Below are positions 57,778 through 64,000 of a stretch of DNA of 64,000 nt, piece by piece. Below the pieces are notes generated by a model. The model did not search any database and was not told the DNA's origin. It saw only the letters and a program-made list of their open reading frames with translations. A program made the translations under genes and the position numbers. Location: the NCBI RefSeq assembly GCF_013122565.1, contig NZ_CP053258.1, one strand, 5' to 3'. Every line of letters starts with the position of its first letter. Position 1 is the first letter of the stretch. The stretch is from Escherichia coli (GTDB taxonomy: Bacteria; Pseudomonadota; Gammaproteobacteria; Enterobacterales; Enterobacteriaceae).

Positions 57778-59058
57778 TTAGATCAGGTAATCGATCAACG
57801 CCGGTTCTTGTTTACAGAGGCGACGCCAGTCAACGATCGGCATACGAACTTGCAGACTTACGCTGCCGTCCTCCTCCATCCACTCTTTTTCTATTGCCTG
57901 AAGCTGATAAAAACGACTTCTCAGACGTCCTTCCTGCGGCGGCAAACGCAATGTATGCTGCGCCACCTCGCCGGAAAGCCGCTCCGTCAAAGCCTGAAAA
58001 AGCTGTGGTATCCCCGCTCCGGTCTGTGCGGAAAGCCAGACACGGATCGGTTTGTTCTCTTCGTCCCGATCAATACGCGGTTCGAAATCTTCCAGCATAT
58101 CGATCTTGTTCATCACCAGCAGGGTTGGGATCTCGTGAGCGTCGATCTCTTCAAGAACCGTATTCACCGCTTCGATGTTTTCTTGTACACGCACATCCGC
58201 CGCATCAATGACGTGCAGCAGTAATGTGGCTTGCCGCGTCTCTTGTAACGTGGCTTTAAATGCTGCCACCAGATCGTGCGGCAGGTGGCGAATAAACCCT
58301 ACGGTATCTGCAAGTACGGTTTCACCGACATCCGCGACGTCAATACGCCGCAACGTCGGGTCGAGGGTGGCAAACAACTGGTCTGCCGCGTAGACCCGCG
58401 CTTCGGTGATGCGATTGAAAAGGGTAGATTTACCGGCGTTGGTATATCCCACCAGCGAAACAGTAGGAACGTCGGCTTTGATACGCGATTGCCGCCCCTG
58501 CTCACGCTGCTTTTCAACTCTTTCCAGGCGCGACTGTATCTGCACGATGCGATTACGCAACAAACGACGGTCGGTTTCGAGCTGGGTTTCACCCGGACCA
58601 CGCAAACCTATCCCGCCTTTCTGTCTTTCAAGGTGGGTCCAGCCACGCACCAGGCGCGTAGCCAGATGGCGCAGCTGCGCCAGCTCAACCTGCAACTTAC
58701 CCTCATGGGTACGCGCACGTTGGGCGAAAATATCTAAAATAAGGCCGGTGCGGTCGATGACACGACACTCGCACAAACGCTCCAGGTTACGCTCTTGCGC
58801 CGGGCTCAGGGCATGATCAAAAAGAACGACCGAAGCACCCGTCGCTTTGACAGCTTCCGCAATTTCAACTGCTTTACCTTCACCTACAAAATACTTTGGG
58901 TGCGGCGCTTTACGGCTACCGGTAATCACCTGCAATGCTTCGACACCGGCGGAAGAGACCAGAGATTCAAACTCCTGGAGGTCTTCCATATCTTTGTCTT
59001 GCGTAAAATAGATGTGTACCAGTACCGCCTGCTCACCAGCATCATAACGGTCAAACAA
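57778..59058 (-). CDS. hflX: Ribosome-associated GTPase HflX
   Basis: 426 aa; G-motifs [18 protein letters not shown]. Confidence 0.93.
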   Translation of the reverse strand: MFDRYDAGEQAVLVHIYFTQDKDMEDLQEFESLVSSAGVEALQVITGSRKAPHPKYFVGEGKAVEIAEAVKATGASVVLFDHALSPAQERNLERLCECRVIDRTGLILDIFAQRARTHEGKLQVELAQLRHLATRLVRGWTHLERQKGGIGLRGPGETQLETDRRLLRNRIVQIQSRLERVEKQREQGRQSRIKADVPTVSLVGYTNAGKSTLFNRITEARVYAADQLFATLDPTLRRIDVADVGETVLADTVGFIRHLPHDLVAAFKATLQETRQATLLLHVIDAADVRVQENIEAVNTVLEEIDAHEIPTLLVMNKIDMLEDFEPRIDRDEENKPIRVWLSAQTGAGIPQLFQALTERLSGEVAQHTLRLPPQEGRLRSRFYQLQAIEKEWMEEDGSVSLQVRMPIVDWRRLCKQEPALIDYLI

Positions 59059-59134
59059 GCGTATAACCCTCTAAATAGATCAGCGGGGAACGCAGGATCG
59101 CTGGCTCCCCGTGTAAAAAAAACAGCCCGAAACC

Positions 59135-59455
<321 letters not shown>

Positions 59456-59528
59456 TTATATGCTTATTTGTACTTTGAACCTTTCGATTCTGAAAAAATT
59501 GCGCACGATACGTCTCAATTGTACACAT

Positions 59529-60479
59529 TCAGCCTGCGATAGCACCAACAACCTGTAATACTTCGTCACGCGCCTGTTCTGGTTTTTCACTGTCAAGCCA
59601 GTGAACCCCTTCCCAACCACGCAGCCAGGTTATCTGCCGCTTCGCCAACTGTCTCGTGGCGCAAACACCTCGATAAACCATTTCATCGTATGAGATTTCG
59701 CCTTCAAGGTAAGACCACATCTGGCGATAACCCACGCAACGAATGGAAGGCAAGTCCGTATGCAAATCTCCTCGGGCAAAAAGCGCCCGGACTTCTGCTT
59801 CAAAACCTGAAGCCAACATCTGATGAAAACGCTGCTCAATGCGTTGATGGAGCAGTTCACGGCTCGCCGGGGCGATGGCGAACTGATGCACCTGATACGG
59901 TAGAGCGTCTCCTGACGTTTGCGTCAGTTCCGTTAAAGTTTTACCCGAAATGAAAAAAACTTCCAGTGCCCGGGAAAGCCTTTGTGGATCATTTGGATGA
60001 ATCCTTGCTGCCGCAACCGGATCGATCTCCTGAAGTTGACGATGCAATGACTCCCAACCTTGCTCTGCCGCCTGTTGCTCAATTCTGGCCCGTACTTCCG
60101 GGTCTGCCGACGGTAGCGGCGACAACCCTTCCAGCAATGCCTTGAAATACAACATCGTACCGCCCACTAACAGTGGGATCCGCCCCGCCGCGGTGATATC
60201 GGCCATTTCCGCCAGCGCATCGCGGCGAAAATCAGCAGCCGAGTAAGCCTGCGACGGATCGCGAATATCCAGCAATCGGTGCGGCGCGGCGAGTAACTCT
60301 TCAGCGTTCGGCTTCGCCGTCCCGATATCCATCCCTTTGTAAATAAGGGCTGAATCAACGCTTATCAACTCTACTGGTAAAATTTTACGCAGCTCAATGG
60401 CTAACGCCGTTTTACCGGAGGCCGTCGGCCCCATCAAAAAAATCGCCTTAGGCAGGCTCGCCTTACTGATATCACTCAT
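59529..60479 (-). CDS. miaA: tRNA dimethylallyltransferase MiaA
   Basis: 316 aa; P-loop GPTASGKT; 8-nt overlap with mutL 3' end. Confidence 0.94.
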
Positions 60480-62325
60480 CTTTCAGGGCTTTTATCGCCG
60501 GATGTAAATCAACAGATTGTAACAGACCACCCGGCGGCGTTTTCACAAGTTGCGGACATAACCGTTCCACGTCCGCCAGCAGGGTTATGGCCTGTGCCAT
60601 TGACCACTGCGCATGTTCGCTCATCAGATTTCGTGCAATCCACTGCGCAATATTGCCAGGTTCGAATACGGACTGCTTCGCCAGGTAGCCTATCAGTTCA
60701 GGAATCAAGATTTGTAAATTTTGTTGGCGTAAGGGTAAAGGCACGGCCCTGATGGTCACATGCTGTGCATCTGACTGGAAATCAATACCCAATTCCGCCA
60801 GGGCAGACTGCGCTTTTTCTAATGCCGATTTTTCTTCGCCAGAAACTTTTAGCCGCAACGGAATCAGCAGCGGCTGGGCGCAAACGGGCGCTTCACCCGG
60901 CGTCAATTGTGCCTGACGCAGCCAACGTTCTGCCACTGGCAAGGCTAAAAGTGAAATGTTGCCGTCGCGCTCCAGCAACGCACAGTCGGAATGGACGATA
61001 GTCAGTACCCGACCAAAACTCTGACTGTTCGCCGCAAGTGCAGGTTCCTGCGGTTCTGGCGCTTTTGCTTTTGGTTTTTGCATCAGCGCGGGCGTTTGCA
61101 AAAGCTGGCGATACACTTCACCTTGCTGTTTCTGGTAGCCTGGCTGCGCATTCGGCCAGGGGGCAGCCGGACGACTGCCTGAGGCGGGCGCAGGAGTGTA
61201 ACGCGGAGCTACTGGCTCACGAACTGCCGGTTCAGCAAAATGATTGCGCCCCGCCGCCACGCGGTTTTCCGGAATAGCACGCGGTGCAGGTTGGGGTTCA
61301 TCGTCCAGCGGTAGCGGTGTTTCCAGTTGCTGTTGTAGCACGCTCAGCACGCCCTGATAGATAAAGTCATGCACCAGACGCGACTGATGAAAACGCACTT
61401 CGTGTTTGGCGGGGTGCACGTTGACGTCCACCTGATGTGGGTCGATCTCCAGATACAGCACAAATGCCGGTTGTTGATCGGCCCCCAGTTTGTCTTCACA
61501 GGCCTGGCGGATCGCATGATTGATCAGGCGATCGCGCATCATGCGACCATTCACGTAGCAATACTGAATTTCTGCCAGGGCGGGCGTGGTGTGATTTGGA
61601 TCGGCCACCCAGCCGCGCAGGGTGAGATCGCCGTGTTGCCATTCAATCGCCAGCGCTTGTTCGAGAAAAGCGGTGCCGCAAATCGCGCCTAAGCGCCGTT
61701 CTTTTTGCCCGCCTTCCGGCACTGCGCGGTACTGACGCACAATTTTACCGTTATGCGACAGGTTGATCGTGACGTCGAAACGCGCCAGCGCAATGCGGCG
61801 GATGATTTCATCGATATGGTTAAATTCGGTTTTCTCGGTGCGCAGGAATTTGCGCCGCGCCGGGGTGTTGTAGAACAGATCCAGCACCTCCAGCGTCGTT
61901 CCCACCGGATGCGCCGCCGGTTTAACCGTCACGTCCATATCGCGCCCTTCGGCATAGGCCTGCCAGGCTTCCTGCTGTTCTGCGGTGCGTGAAGTGAGCG
62001 TCAGGCGGGAAACCGAACTGATACTCGCCAGCGCCTCACCGCGAAAGCCCAGGCTGATAATGGCTTCGAGATCGTCCAGAGAGGCGATTTTACTGGTGGC
62101 ATGACGAGCCAGCGCCAGCGCCAGCTCATCTTTTTTGATACCGCAGCCGTTATCACGAATGCGGATAAGTTTCGCCCCACCGCGTTCGATATCAATATCG
62201 ATACGCGTCGCACCTGCATCGAGGCTGTTTTCCACCAGTTCTTTGACTACCGACGCAGGTCGCTCGACCACCTCACCTGCGGCAATCTGGTTCGCCAGTT
62301 GTGGCGGTAAGACCTGAATTGGCAT
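60472..62325 (-). CDS. mutL: DNA mismatch repair protein MutL
   Basis: 615 aa from [50 protein letters not shown] (GHKL ATPase). Confidence 0.95.
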
Positions 62326-62334
62326 CAATCGTCC

Positions 62335-63672
62335 TTAGTTTGGCAGCGTGCGATCTGGCGTCGTCACCGTACTGGCAGTTTGTGCCGTTGCCCCCTGCGG
62401 CGCAGATTGCATCGGATGCGCAAGGAAATAATTGCGCAGGCCTTTGTAAATGGCTTCTGCCAGCTGTTGTTGGTAATCGTCGCTCGCCAGCAAACGTTCT
62501 TCGCTGTTGTTGCTGATAAAACCGGTTTCGACCAGTACTGACGGGATATCCGGCGAACGCAGAACGCCGAGACTCGCGTGTTCTGGCCGACGTTTATGTA
62601 TTTCGCCAATGCGTTGCAACTGACTGATCATACTGGTCGCTACATCATACCCTACCCGCTGGGAATGACCGAACTGTAAATCCAGCACCGCCTGGCTTAA
62701 ATAGGGGTCAGACTGACTGTTCGCCAGCACATCGCCCGCTCCGCCCAGTAGCTCCGACTGTTTCTCGTGCTGCTCCAGCCAGCTGGCCATTTCGCTGTTG
62801 GCGCGACGGTTAGAGAGCACCCATACGGAAGCGCCGGTCGCACTGCGGTTCGGTGCGGCATCAGCGTGAATCGACACGAGGAAATTGGCGTTTTGCTTAC
62901 GTGCCACATCGCTGCGCCCCATCACCGATATAAAGTAATCCCCGTCACGGGTTAAAACGCCCTTAAACATCGGATCGTCATTGAGCAAAGTACGCAATTT
63001 ACGCGCGATGGCGATGGTGACATTTTTCTCCCGCGTACCACCGGGGCCGATAGCGCCAGGGTCCTGACCGCCGTGTCCGGCATCAATAGCGATGATAATT
63101 TTATCGCCAGTGTTAGCCGTCGCGCGCGCAGCCGGTCGCGTTACCGTATTACTGCTGATAACACCCGTAGTGCGGTTACTTTCCGTTTTAAACGGATTGC
63201 GCGCTGGTTCACTGACGCGCGGTGCGACAACCGCAGGCGTTTCAACGCGTTTCGCAACCACGGGCGGCGGAGGAGGCGGTGGCGGCGCATCGGCGTTAAT
63301 CGTAAAGACGACAGTGTAATTACTGCCATTCTGCCGCTTCACCGCTTCGGTTTTACCATTTTCGGTAAGATCGACCACCAGCCGTAGCGTTTGTGCATCT
63401 TGAGGCGTTCCGGAGCGAATCGCCTTCACCAGATTATTGCCGCTGAACAACAACGGCAGTCCCTGAATCACGCCCGTTTGTTTGATATCGAGCGCCACGG
63501 TGCGTTTGCTTTGATGGCTAAACGCATAATCAGGATCGCCAATAAAACTCAACGTTATCCGCGCCTGTTGGTTGCCGTTAGAAACCTGAATATCAGAGAG
63601 CGTCGCGGCACTCACCTGCGCGCACAGCAGCAGCAACGTCGCTACCAACCAATTTCTGATGCGATACATCAT
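62335..63672 (-). CDS. amiB: N-acetylmuramoyl-L-alanine amidase AmiB
   Basis: 445 aa from [23 protein letters not shown]; AMIN domain, poly-Pro linker, Amidase_3 domain. Confidence 0.92.
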   Translation of the reverse strand: MMYRIRNWLVATLLLLCAQVSAATLSDIQVSNGNQQARITLSFIGDPDYAFSHQSKRTVALDIKQTGVIQGLPLLFSGNNLVKAIRSGTPQDAQTLRLVVDLTENGKTEAVKRQNGSNYTVVFTINADAPPPPPPPPVVAKRVETPAVVAPRVSEPARNPFKTESNRTTGVISSNTVTRPAARATANTGDKIIIAIDAGHGGQDPGAIGPGGTREKNVTIAIARKLRTLLNDDPMFKGVLTRDGDYFISVMGRSDVARKQNANFLVSIHADAAPNRSATGASVWVLSNRRANSEMASWLEQHEKQSELLGGAGDVLANSQSDPYLSQAVLDLQFGHSQRVGYDVATSMISQLQRIGEIHKRRPEHASLGVLRSPDIPSVLVETGFISNNSEERLLASDDYQQQLAEAIYKGLRNYFLAHPMQSAPQGATAQTASTVTTPDRTLPN

Positions 63673-63690
63673 CCCGCCACCTTTCAAAGG

Positions 63691-64000
<310 letters not shown>

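Overview
This window reads as an Escherichia coli chromosomal segment, inverted relative to the K-12 MG1655 map as I recall it, running from tamA (partial) to tsaE (partial). All calls rest on reading the six-frame translations and on remembered protein families and synteny; no database search was run. About 60 core genes are recognisable: tamA, msrA, ytfL, ytfK, ytfJ, cysQ, cpdB, ytfF, ytfE, cycA, fklB, ytfB, rplI-rpsR-priB-rpsF, yjfY, ulaFEDCBA, ulaG, ulaR, yjfP, bsmA, yjfN, aidB, yjfCMLKJI, rlmB, rnr, nsrR, purA, yjeT, hflCKX-hfq-miaA-mutL-amiB and tsaE. The core is interrupted by accessory or rearranged segments: (1) a tandem pair of paralogous secreted repeat proteins between ytfE and cycA (11.3-14.0 kb); (2) a ~10.5 kb AT-rich island between ytfB and rplI carrying a TetR regulator, a six-gene acyl-CoA-type catabolic operon and a HipBA-like kinase/HTH toxin-antitoxin pair; (3) a ~5 kb sugar-acid-type catabolic island between yjfI and rlmB; (4) apparent loss of qorB and the 5' part of ytfH, leaving a short ytfH remnant; (5) an AT-rich orphan gene at the ytfI position. 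Several REP/BIME clusters, intrinsic terminators and a near-perfect NsrR-type operator upstream of ytfE are also visible. No rRNA, tRNA, CRISPR array, integrase or IS element was seen.
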